Of a stretch of 64,000 nucleotides of DNA, positions 28,401 through 40,007 are shown one piece after another. This DNA is from the human T2T-CHM13v2.0 reference genome, Homo sapiens. Position numbers and translations under genes: made by a program. The stretch's first letter is position 1. The number at the start of each line of letters is the position of its first letter. The notes under the pieces were generated by a model. It was not told where the DNA came from, did no database searches, and saw only the letters and a list, made by a program, of their open reading frames with translations. The stretch lies in NCBI RefSeq assembly GCF_009914755.1, contig NC_060935.1; one strand, given 5' to 3'.

Positions 28401-29322
28401 ACATACAGATGGCAAACAGGTAGATGAAAAAGTGCTCAACATCATTGATTATCAGAGAAAAGCAAATCAAAACTACATGAGACATCATTTCATCCCATTT
28501 AAAATGGCTTTTATCCAAAAAGCAGGCAATAATGAATGCTGGCGAGGAGGTGGAGAAAAGGGAGTGAAAATTAGTACAACCGCTATGGAGAACAGTTTGG
28601 AGGTTCCTCAAAAAACTAAAAATAAAACTACCATATGATCTGGCAATTCTATTACTAGGTACATACCCCAAAGAAAGGAAATCAGTATATTGAAGAGATA
28701 TCTGCACTTCCATGTGTATCGTGGCACTACTTACAATAGGCAAAATTTGGAAGCAGTCTAAGTGTCCATCAACAGATGAATGGATAAAGAAAATATGGAA
28801 CATATTCACAATGGAGTAATATTCAGCCATAAAAAATAAAGAGATCCTGTCATTTGCAACAACATGGATGGAACTGGAGGATATTATGTTAAGCAAAATA
28901 AGCCAGGCACAGAAAGACAAACATTGCATGTTCTCACTCATCTGTGGGAACTAAAAATTAAAACAATTGAACTCATGGAGATAAAGAATGTAAGGATGAT
29001 TACCAGAGGTTGGGAAGGGTAGTGAGCATGGGGAAGTGGGGATGGCTAATGGGTACAAAAAATATAGTTAGAAAGAATAAATAAAATTTAGTATTTGATA
29101 GCATAACAGGTTGATTACAGTCAACAATAATTTATTGTACATTTAAAAATAACAAACTGTATAATTTCAATATTTATAACACAAATAAATGATAAATGCT
29201 TGAGGTGATGGATACCCCATTTAACCTGATATGATCAGCATGCATTGTATGCCTGTATCAAAATATCTCACGTGCCCCATAAATATATATACCTACTATG
29301 AACCCATAAAAAAAATTTAAAA
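25487..29322 (+). mobile_element. 5'-truncated L1MA (L1MA2-4-like)
   Basis: ORF2 fragments ([13 protein letters not shown]) and an L1MA-type 3' UTR. Perfect 13-bp TSD aagaaatacattt at 25474-25486 and 29323-29335. Confidence 0.9.
27146..27946 (+). mobile_element. 5'-truncated L1PA (L1PA5-like) nested in the L1MA
   Basis: L1PA 3' UTR with a (TAAA)n tail. Perfect 15-bp TSD taaatggtgctggga at 27131-27145 and 27947-27961. Confidence 0.92.
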
Positions 29323-29454
29323 AAGAAATACATTTCATACCTCAACTTGGTCTATACACACATATTTAGAGGGACATGTAACTGAAGTTTCGCTTAATGA
29401 TGTTTCTCCTTATGACCTGCTATATTTTCTCCTCTGTTATGCTCATTTTATAAA

Positions 29455-30330
29455 CTTTTATTGAAGTATGACTTAAGTACAGTAGAGGGTACATATCATA
29501 AATGAATAGATTGATGCATTTCTACAAATTGACAACACCCATTTAACCTGCCCTCCTACCTCTGAATTAAAAGGCAGAATGTGACTAGAGAGCCCCTTTG
29601 CACTCCTTCCCATTTACCAACTCCTCCCTCGGGGGCAACCACCATCCAGACTTCTGAAAACACAGAGTAGTTTTACCTGGCTTTGTACTTTTTTAAAGTG
29701 CAGTAATAAAGTTTCTTTGTGCCTGCTTCTTTCTTTCACCTTCATGCTTCTGAGGTTCATCAATATTGCTATGTGCAATATTCCGCTATGTGAATATGCT
29801 ACCCTTGATCCATTCCAGGGCTGATGGCCATGTGTTTTGGTGGATATCTGTGTACATATCTCAGGGGTATATTCCAAGGAGTGAAAGTGCTGGTATGTAT
29901 ATGTTCAGCTTTAGCTGATATTGCCAAACAGTTTTCCAGTGTCATCAAACCAATTACATTTCAGCTAACAGTGTGTAAGTTTCGGTTGTTTCACATCTTT
30001 GCCAACACTAGATAGAGTCTATATTTTTTATTTCAGCCATTCTGATGAGTACATAGTAGTATTTCATTATGGTTTTAATTTGTCATTCCCTGAAGAGTAA
30101 AAATGTTATGTGCTTTTTTGGCTATTTGGACATCTTCTTTTATGAAGTATCTGAGTCTTTTGCCCATTTTTCTATTAGGCTGTCTGTCTTTTCTTACTGA
30201 TTTATAGGAGTTTCTTCTTTTTTTTCTACCATATATATTTGGATATGAGACCTTTGTTGAGTATATGGAGTGCAAATATACAACATCTTTACCCACTCTG
30301 TGGGTTACTAGGTTACTCTGTTTTTACTTT
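29455..30330 (-). mobile_element. Old L1M (MC/MD/ME-type) 3' fragment
   Basis: Antisense L1 3' end (tttcagccattctgatgagtacatagtagtatttcattatggttttaatttg). Confidence 0.75.
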
Positions 30331-31183
30331 AATAAATGCTGATCTTGAGCCACCAAATTAATTTCATGACCTGTTACTGGACTACAACCCACAATTTGGA
30401 GCACCCTGTGATACACAATTATGCAGTCTTTCCTGGGTCAGAATAGCCCAGAAAGGGGCATTTCTAGCCTGTGGCATCCACACCAACATTGGCCTGGATC
30501 AACACCTCTGTATCTACTGTGAGCCACTGTCTGGAGAACAAGGATGTTAGCTATATTTAATTTCCAAATTTAAAGAAAATACTTTGTCCTATACCTTGAG
30601 TGATACCAGTTTCCAATTCTTCTGAATTTAATAATTGCCAGCCCCATGGCCCAGACTGAGGGAAGAGACTCAGAAGGATGGCCAAGGTGTGGAAACACCT
30701 CTGAAATTAGCCCTTTCAACAGGTACTAGAGGGTACGTTTTCCTACACAGTCTCTCTAGCCACCGAGGTACCTAGGTCTTCAGGGGCATGGTCTTATGGA
30801 ACCAAAGATACCTTCAGAGGTTCCTTTTATCTAATGAGTTAACACAACATTCCCTAAACTCTGAGAAAAACAAACAGAAAAAAGCCACTAACCAAGGGAG
30901 AAAGACTCTCCCATATCCTAAGCACTTTCTTGGTGTGAGAGATACATCCTATGCTGTATCCTCCCAGCTCCTGAGAGCAGCCCTATCCACAGACTTTCAG
31001 CTCCAGGAAGGCAAAAACTGTACCACTCTTATCAAATAATGTGACCAAGGCCACATAACTTGTAAGTTATAGAGCTAGGCTGACTGACACCATAGCCTGT
31101 GTTTTCATTCCTCTGTTATACTCCTTAGAGGCAGCCAGTCACTGGATAAAGAGTGGTGACTACCTCCAAAGGGTCAAAGATTC

Positions 31184-31273
31184 ACACACATATGCACAAA
31201 CACACACGTGTGCATGCACACACATGCATAGACGTGTGTATACAGATATGTACATGCATGCATACGTATATGC
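31184..31273. repeat. Alternating purine-pyrimidine (CA/TG) tract
   Basis: cacacacatatgcacaaacacacacgtgtgcatgcac... Confidence 0.75.
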
Positions 31274-31874
31274 TATTTCACTCAGAAATCAGTGGGGCTG
31301 CACTCTACAGGTTCATTACACAGTCAGCTCATCTGAGTTCCCCCCTTTCTTCTGATTTGCAAAGTATTGATACAGTCCATAATACATGAATCACACAAAG
31401 GCACATATATTTGTAGGAAACTTTACAGTTTACAAAACACTCAATCTCTCATCCAACACTCACCACCAGCCTTCTGAACATATATAAATATTTGATGATT
31501 TGCAGGCCTCCCAGTCTGTGTGTTTAAGGACCTTCATTCTGGGGGGCTCTAATCCTTACCATCTAGGACCGGGGCTATGGCATCAGTGAGAGATTGGCAG
31601 GATTTGTGCAGCTTCTCGGACCCACTCTAAAATTTCCCTTTTAACTGTATATTTCCATAGCAACCCATCATCCTTGTCTGACTCTGAGAAGTAGAGTTTT
31701 AACCTCATGAATTTTCTGAGGTTGGGCTTATGTTTGCATGAGAGTTTATGAGATGTGAACACTACTGTATCCCTAATGAGTATGCCCATTCTTTTCTCTC
31801 CTTATGAGAGTCTCTAGCACCTCCTATCTTCTCCTCTGGCTAAAGGTAAGTAGTTCTGCCATTACTTATAATCA

Positions 31875-32110
31875 TACTAGCAACTGCCATGTTTTGAACA
31901 CTTTCTATGTACCAGGTGCTAGGTGCTTTATGTACATTATCTCAGTACATCCTCACGCAACCCTTTGCAACATTTATTGGCATCCTCATTTAACAAATGA
32001 GGAAACAGATGATCAGAGATGAGAAATGGCAGTCTATGGCCACATAGTCAGCAAGTGATAGGGCTTGGATTGGACCCAGATTCCATGGATTCCCAAGACC
32101 TGGCCCATTC
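31875..32110 (-). mobile_element. MIR
   Basis: ctatgtaccaggtgctaggtgcttta...catttaacaaatgaggaaacagat. Confidence 0.75.
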
Positions 32111-33529
32111 CAGTGCCTGAGATGGTAAGAAGCAGCAACTTCTTTACTCTGAGTCAGCAAAACAATCCAAGTGGAGGTCAGAGGCATGGTAGTGACTATC
32201 TCTTCCTACCTTCCTTGTTTTCACCAAGCTCAGAATGATGAAGTGACTTTCCTGAAAACACAACAAGAGTAGAACTGGGGCTGAACCCAGGCCTGCTCTT
32301 TGGGTTTACCCTGCTTTGATTCTCATCCATATACTGGGCAAAGATCACTGGAGGTGCTCTGTCTGTATTCCAAGTGACCAGGGTGGGAGCCGCTCTTGAA
32401 ACCAACTTATGAGAAATGATTGGAGGAACAAATAACAAGAAAAGATCTTGAGGAGGGACATGCTGTTTACATTCACCTATTTTAGGATGTCTAGTAGAGA
32501 AGAAAGAGACTTGGCAAGACGTGGAGTGGATTTCAAGTCCAGATTATGGGAGAGCTCTACAAAAATCCTAAGTGTGGGGAGATACCAACCTCCAAACCAG
32601 TCCCTGCAAGTTTCCAAGAACAGGCCAGGGATCTATAGAGATGCTGTTGTGGGTTTCCCAGCATCCAGGAGGGAATGGTCCGTACCTCTAAAACCCTTTT
32701 ATCTCTAAGATTCCACAAGCCTTTGAAACATATAAAAATCTTGCAGGGAAGGCAAGCAGTAATCCTGCACTCTTTGTTCATTGTTCTTAGGGAAAAAAAA
32801 ATCTTTATTGTAAAATAAATGAAGATAAAGTCTACCTATTAATGCATATTTAAGAGGTAGAGAAAAAAAGAACCCATAACATTAACTTAAATCATGAATA
32901 CTCTCTGAAGTGTAAAAAAAATCAACTCACTTTTCTTTAAATCTTCTTAAAAGGGTCTAAGAATAGTCCTTCAAATAATCCTTGAAGTATGCAATTTTAA
33001 TTTGGACACATGGTAATTTCAGTCTACCTGTTGAAAGAGACAAGAGACAAATCAGTCATTTTTGATGAGGATGCTGTTCTGATAAGCAGTAGAGAAGATT
33101 CTGGCAGCTTGGGAGGTGGGGGTGAGACGTGGGCATGGGCATTAGTAGCAGCAGTATGAGCTTTGGTCCCAAGCTGAAGTCTAGTGTTTGAACGTTCAGA
33201 GGAAAGATGCAACTAAAGTAGCTACTAGCACAGTGCCTGGCACATGGCAAATGCTCATTAAGTAGTTGATGGACAAGTAAAAGGATGGCTGAGAAAATGA
33301 GTGGGATTTATCATCAAGCTTTCATGCAGGGAGTTACTTTGTAGCCTCATCTCTTCAACTCTTAGGGAGAGAGAATCTCCAGGTACTGGGCATATAATGG
33401 AAAGCAGCACAGAGAAAGGTACCAGTGGAGTAAAGAGAGTGAGGGATTTGAGCCAGCCATAGCTATGCCCAAATCCTGGCCCCACCACTTCTGACTGCAC
33501 AACTCTGGGCTGGTTTATTTACTTATATT

Positions 33530-33960
33530 TGCTGTTGTTCCTAAATTGGATACTTAACCCATTCATTAATTTTCAGCTCTTCTTTTTTAATATAAGCATT
33601 TAAGGTGATAAATTTCTCTCTAAGTGCTGTCTTGGCTATATTCCACAACTTTTGATATTTAATATTTCTTTGGTCATTCATTTATAATCATTTTATAATT
33701 TCTGTTATCATTTCTTTTTGATCTGAGAGTTAGTTGGAAGTATTTTTATAAATATATCTCAATATAGGTTTTTAAAAAACATCTCATCTTTCTGTTACTG
33801 AGTTCTAACTTAATTGCACTGTGGTAGGTGAATATGGTCTGTAGGATACTGACTCCTTGAAATTTACTGGATTGTATTTTACGGCCTAGGATACAGTCCA
33901 CTTTCGTGAGTGTTTTATATGTGCTTAGAAAGAGTGTGCATTCTCTGGCTGTCGGGTTGA
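33530..33960 (-). mobile_element. Old L1M ORF2 fragment interrupting a MIR
   Basis: aagcatttaaggtgataaatttctctctaagtgctg... MIR-like sequence flanks it on both sides. Confidence 0.65.
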
Positions 33961-35049
33961 TCTTGGGCTGGCTTTCTTTAAATGTTTCTGCATCTCCATT
34001 TCCTCACCTGTAATAAGGTATGTGAGCAATACACATTAGTTCCCTCACACCATTTAAAATTATACTCACTGACAAAGACACAGTGCACAAGGAAAGATCA
34101 AGGTATGCTCTTTTTTCTTTATAACAGTATCACTAACAATGCCCTACACTGATAAAGTACTTAAAAGTTTCTAAACAATGACCACGTCTGTTATTTGGTC
34201 TTAAACCTGTATAATGTCACCTAGGCAGGTAGAGGTGGGAACCCACAAAGAAAAAGGACACACACCAGTTGGTGCAGTGATTTATTCAGTCCTCAATGCC
34301 AGAACCCCAGGATCCCTCTGACTCGCCTCTGCCCCTCACTCCTCACTCCTGCTAGGTTCAGCCTTCTTATCATCTTTCAAATCCATCCTTGTTATGACCT
34401 ACAATGCCTCCATCATTTCTTACCTGCTTGGTTCTCACAGATCATTAAATTCCTACTGTTTTAAAAATACAGCACAGAAAGTAAATCCTGACAAAATCCT
34501 CCTGGCAGATGTGGCTCTCAAATAAGCCTGGTGTTAGGTCTTGGGTGCCAGAACATCAGTCTTGCAGGGGAGAGTGATGTTTATGTCTATCAAAGCAGGC
34601 ATGAGTTTAGAAAGGTCAAAAAACACTGTGTTGAGTTCAAATTTCTTCATCTAGCAAACAGCCCTTCCCATGACCTTGTCCCCTGTCCTGCCCCCAAGTT
34701 CCTTTTCTCCTTTTCAGAGAGATTTCCTGAAAGAGTCATCTAGACCACCACTTCCTCCACTCCCACACTCTTCACAAATCGTTGCCTTGTGGCTTTCAGC
34801 CTCTTTCTTTAAGATCATAGGGATGTTGTCACTGCATATTCCAGACACTTCTTCTCAATCTGCAGTGGCCTCTCTGGGTCATTTGCTAGCAGGGACCCCT
34901 TCCCTCTAGAAATTCCTGCCTCCATATCAGCAACACCAGTTTCTCCTGGTTCTTCTTTCCCCCCAAGGACTTTCTCTGACTCCTTCACAAATTCTGTGGT
35001 TTGAATGGGCATTTTCATAATTTAATTAGAAGTGTTTTTTTATAAAATA

Positions 35050-35290
35050 ATAACCATAAACTACACTTTATTAAGGGCATGCCAATCACTGTGCTAAACA
35101 TTATTTTATTCTACTTAATCTTCACAATAACCACACGAGGTAGACATTATTAATATTCCTATTTTACAGATGAGAAAATAGAAGCTTGGAAAAGTGACCT
35201 AATTTGCCCAGGATCACTCAGCTACTATGTGGCAGAACAGGGATTCAAACCGCAGTCCATCCAATCATAGCCTGTGCTCTCAGCCACTAC
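35050..35290 (-). mobile_element. MIR
   Basis: cctattttacagatgagaaaatagaagc...ggattcaaacc. Confidence 0.8.
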
Positions 35291-38200
35291 ATTAACTCAT
35301 CCTGCCTTCCTATACCATGGCTTCTGTGACTCACCATTCTTCCACGATGTCATGGATTTCATGCTCTCATTTTGCTTCCCTCTGAAGGGAAGGCCTTTAT
35401 CCATACTGTGTGCTGAGAAAATTCTGTTTATTGTTTAAAGCTCAGCTCTTCCCACAAAGCTATTAGCAAGCCAAACCAGTTTCACTGCTTCCATCTCTTT
35501 GCTGTGGCAGCTCTACAATGATATGAAACCATCCATTCATCCATCTGACCATGCATCCATCTCTCCACCCAAGAATTACACAAGTATAGTAGAAGATTGC
35601 TTATCTAGAAGTCTAAACACAAGAAGCATCCAGACAAAGGAATTGTTCCAAAGGATTTTTTATGTTGACTCTTTGAAAAAATAATCATACTATGGTCAAA
35701 ATTGAAGAAAACTTGCTAGAAGTTGTGGTGTTTGGGGAAGAGATGTGCTCTGTGTGTCATGTGTTAATGACTGGTCAAGGACAGTCATCCATGGGACCTG
35801 GCCGGGGCGCTTTCCGAGGTTACTAAACTAGATCTGTCCAATTTCCCTTACCCAATCCCCACATTTTAAAATCATATTTACATATCATCCCTGGCTCAAA
35901 TATCTCATTATCCCTGAAGTCTTCCCTGATTCTCCTCCCCCAACAGGCACAGATGAACCTAGACACTCCCCCTACCCCTCACAATGTATCTCTCTGTGTT
36001 CTCTCTGCTGGCACTTGGTATTTAATCATTTGTAGATAATAGTGCATTTCAAAAAGCACTTCAACATTTTCATTGCATGCTTTATCTCCACCTCCTGTCT
36101 CCTTGGAGGTAAGAGATGCATCTAATTTACCCTAGATATTTTCAGAACCAACCCCAGTGGCTGGCACACAGATGTCAATGAGTGACTGATTGATTAAAAT
36201 TAGATGACATTGTCCTTGAATGGAGAAGGCCATCCAAATATCACTCAAATGCAAGCACCAAGCAGTGTATTATGCAAAGAGTACGTGCTAAATAAACATA
36301 AAATCCTTCCATCCTCTCTCCACTCCTCAAAATTGAGGACTAGAAAAGAAACGCAATGTGTCCATTGAGCCTGAGGTTTCTGAAGATCTGTGTTCCATGG
36401 TTCACAAATATTAATATGTTGGTGTGGTGGCTTTTGATATTCTCCATGATCAACCAGGAACTGAAAACCCATGTTTGGCTACATTCTACTTTGCTTAGTC
36501 AGAAAATGAGAGTTAGAGCTTTGAAGATAGACAAGACCTTCAAAGTGAACGGCTACAACCACTTTCTTTTACAGAGGAGAACCGGAGAGGTTCATCGTCT
36601 CCAGGTCATAGGCCAAGAAAGGTTGTGCAGATGCATTTTCCCTGTTCCCTCCTAGACTTGCAAATGAAGCCTCTAGGAAACTGAGTGCTTTCTGGATGGC
36701 TAAAAATAAACTCCCAGAAACTTCATCTAGATATATCATGGCTGTAATTTACAGCGTCTAGAACTTTAGCATGGTATAATTAGCAAATGGATTACAATAA
36801 TTTATTTTTGGTTTAAAAGCTCGAATGAACACAACCTTCCAGTGGAACGGGAAAACAAGGGGCTGGGAGCCAGCTGCATTCCTCCAACCCCTTCCAATGC
36901 CACAGTGTTTGTGCTGGCTGGCAGCCCTCTACTGATGTCCAATGGATATGCAAAGAGAAGGAACTGCAATTCTGAGCTCTGGGCTCCCTGAAGCATGACT
37001 TCCTGGACATAGCCTCCCAAAATGGTCAATGTTCATCCTTTTAGTGAGCAGGAAGATGTCCAAACTCACCTTTTCAATGCACAGGAAAACCCAACGGCAT
37101 TCATCAAGAGGACAGAAGAGCTGCCAACCTTAAACTGATGCAGAAGAAAGGTATACACTGAACAAAACATACCAAAGACTAATTACATGGATGTTTGTTC
37201 TTCTAAAGATTCTGGGCACATTTTTAGAATGGCTTTCCATCACTTGCCTTACTGCAGGGAAAGTTTGTTGTGATGTCTCTGAATAGGCAGTACTAAAGGA
37301 TGATACCAAGATAGACACTTGTCACGAAGCTAGAAGATGACTAGACTGGGGTCAGAGAGGACCTGTGCTCAGGTTTTGGTTTGTTATGTGTGCCATGAAT
37401 AACAACCAATTCAAAACCCTTTTATAAAATGTCAGTAATGAGTAACTACCTCACAAGATTGTTATGGGGATTAAATGAGAAAAATGTATGAAAAGGATTT
37501 TGTAAATGAATATTAGATGATTCTTCTTGTGTGAATACATGTCCAAAGTAGATCATTCTGATGAGGACTTTTTCTGACCAAAGCACTGTAGAACATTGCA
37601 GCAAGGGCCAGGGGCAGAGCAGCAGAAATCCTGGGAAATTTTCTTCTCATGTTTCCTTGCACGGTGTCTGGGCAGAGGCAAGTCACCCAGCAGAACAATC
37701 AGAGCTAGGAAAGATGGATCCCGACTTGGGTAAGGAGCACAAGACAACCTGTCTCCCTTCTCTCACACCCCTACCAAAACCAAGTATCTGCCCAAACACC
37801 CCTTAACCTAGAAGGTGGCATGATGGTGGCCAGGCAGTGTGGGAAACCGAAGCAGTGGTTCTTGCGGCTGAAAGAAGGGGAAGGGTAGTTTTCTGAGCAT
37901 CTGCCATGTACGAGGCACAGTGCTGGGTCCTTTCACACTGGGGCTCTTCTCCAAACCATGCAAGGTTCCCCTGACACCATGTTATACCATTGCTCATGCT
38001 GTGTGTGGGTCTACGAGGCCCCCTTTCTTCTCTCTGATTCTTCAACCAGCCCCTGAGCAGGAAGACTTAGACCCTCATCCTCTCACTCGTTCAATTCTTA
38101 GTGATCTTAGGTAAGGTAAGTCATCCATTTTGGAAGGACTTCAGTTTTCTGATCTGTCAGGTTAGGACAAGAACCCCAAACTCACTGCCTTACCAGATTG

Positions 38201-38308
38201 CTTTCAGACTCAAAAACACTGGGTGTGAAAAGTTTTAAAAACAGTGCAAAAACCTGAAGGCTTATGTCACCCCTTGTTCAAGCTCCTCAAGAGCTTCCTC
38301 TTGCTGCT

Positions 38309-38725
38309 TGTGCTAGTTGGCTTTTGTGTTGCTATAAAGGAATACCTGATGTTGGGTAATTAAAAAAAAAGAGGTTTAATTGGCTCATGGTTCTGCAGGC
38401 TGTACAGGAAGCATAGTGTTGGCATCTGCTTCTGGTGAGGGCCTCAGGAAGCTTCCAATCATCGGGGAAGGAGAAAGGGAGCCAGCACATCACATGGCAA
38501 GAGAGGGAGTGAGAGAGAGAGAGGAGGTGCCATGTTCTTCTAAACAACCAGATCTCACATAAACTCATAGAGTGAGAACTCACTCATTACCATGAAGAGA
38601 GCACCAAACCATTCATGACAGATCTGTCCCCATGTCCCAAACACCTCCCACTAGGCCCACCTCCAACACTGGAGGTCACATTTCAACATGAGATTTGGAG
38701 GGAACAAAACATCCAAACCATACCA
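38309..38725 (-). mobile_element. MaLR solo LTR (MSTB-like)
   Basis: tgtgctagt...gctataaaggaatacctga...gaggtttaattggctcatggttctgcaggctgtacaggaagcat...catccaaaccatacca. Confidence 0.85.
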
Positions 38726-39828
38726 CTCTTAAATAAACATTACATGTCTACTTTGTCCCCTGACCCCCTGCTGATGTTATGTTCCCATCAGGGCCCCTTG
38801 TTCCCCCAGCTCCATCCAAACCAGGCATCTTTCAGGTAATTATGCTCAAGGAGTAAGTGCCGTCCCCAAGGCTGGGAGTCCCCTCTTCCCCTTCAGCTCT
38901 CAGCTTAGCCTTACTCACTTGCAGGAGAGCTCCTTGGCCCCTCAGAGGAAGGAGTTTCCTCTACTCTACATTCTCAGAGCCCTTGTGATCACACTTACCA
39001 GAGTGATGATCTGATTAATGCCTATCTCCCCAGCTAGAATATAAGCCCTCTGAAGCAGGCCCACCTGTATGTTGTCCACCGGGGTGTCCTCAGGGGGCCA
39101 AGCATGCAGTAGACCCTTACCTATTTTGTTCACTGCTCTGGACCAGGGCAGGGCACATAGTAGGTACTCAAAAAATACTTGTTGAATGAGTGCATTTCCA
39201 TGCAGTTCAAATCTGAAGCTGGGTCAGCTCGACCCTCCCTTCTCTGCTCTCCACAAGCTCTCCCTTCCTTTCCCCTGCACTCAGGGCCCTTTCCTGTACT
39301 GTTTGCTACCAGGACCTCACCATTATCCAAGTGAGTAGCTTGTCTCCCCTGAGACCACAACAGCCCCAAGGAAGGCCTAGAGAGGCAAACCCTAGCGGGA
39401 CCCAGAAGAGAGACAGATCCGGAGTATCTGGGCCAATGGAGGTGGGGCACACAGTAGGGGCTCCTGTGGAACCCACATTTGACCTACTCTGAACTTCTGC
39501 TTCACAACCTGTTTCTAGGGCAAAGCTTCCAGCCTTGAGCTTTTGCTTCATGGGCTAAAATATGTCTCTCTCTCTCTTTTTTTTTTTTTTGGCTTGAAAT
39601 AAATGGTTAGCCATTATGATGTAAAATGCAGCTGTCACAGTCCATAGAACAACAGACAGGTTAATATGGGTTTTTAAGAATGCCATTTCCTCATATTAAC
39701 CCCAGAGCAACGTCAACCTATCAAGATAGACTCCAGAGTGCTCCGGAAACCTGCTGTTTTTGTTCTTTAATAATATTTGATGTTTAAATAATAGTTGATG
39801 TTTGTTTCCAAGTAGTTTAATGGTCCGC

Positions 39829-40007
39829 CTTTCCCTCCCTCCCTCCCTCCCTTCCATCCTTCCTTCCCTCCCTCCCTTCCTTTTTACCTTCCTTCTTTCC
39901 CTCCCTCTCCCCCTCCCCTCCTTTCCTCCTTTCCTCCCTCCCTCCCTCCGTCCCTTCCTTCTCTTCCTTCTCTTCCTCCCTGCCTCCTTTCTCTTCTTCC
40001 TCATTCC
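39829..40007. repeat. Polypyrimidine (CCCT/CCTT)n tract
   Basis: About 180 bp of nearly pure C/T. Confidence 0.9.

Larger units (their letters stand above)
25439..30408. mobile_element. hAT-Charlie-type MITE split into three pieces (25439-25486, 29323-29455, ~30335-30408) by two L1 insertions
   Basis: Begins cagcggctctta and ends caatttggagcaccctg (CAG...CTG termini). The pieces are collinear with a recalled Charlie MITE consensus; subfamily uncertain. Confidence 0.55.

Noticed and set aside
28318-28941. 207-aa minus-strand ORF, the longest in the track; likewise 49188-49742
   Set aside because: These are antisense readings of L1 3' sequence, a common spurious-ORF class.
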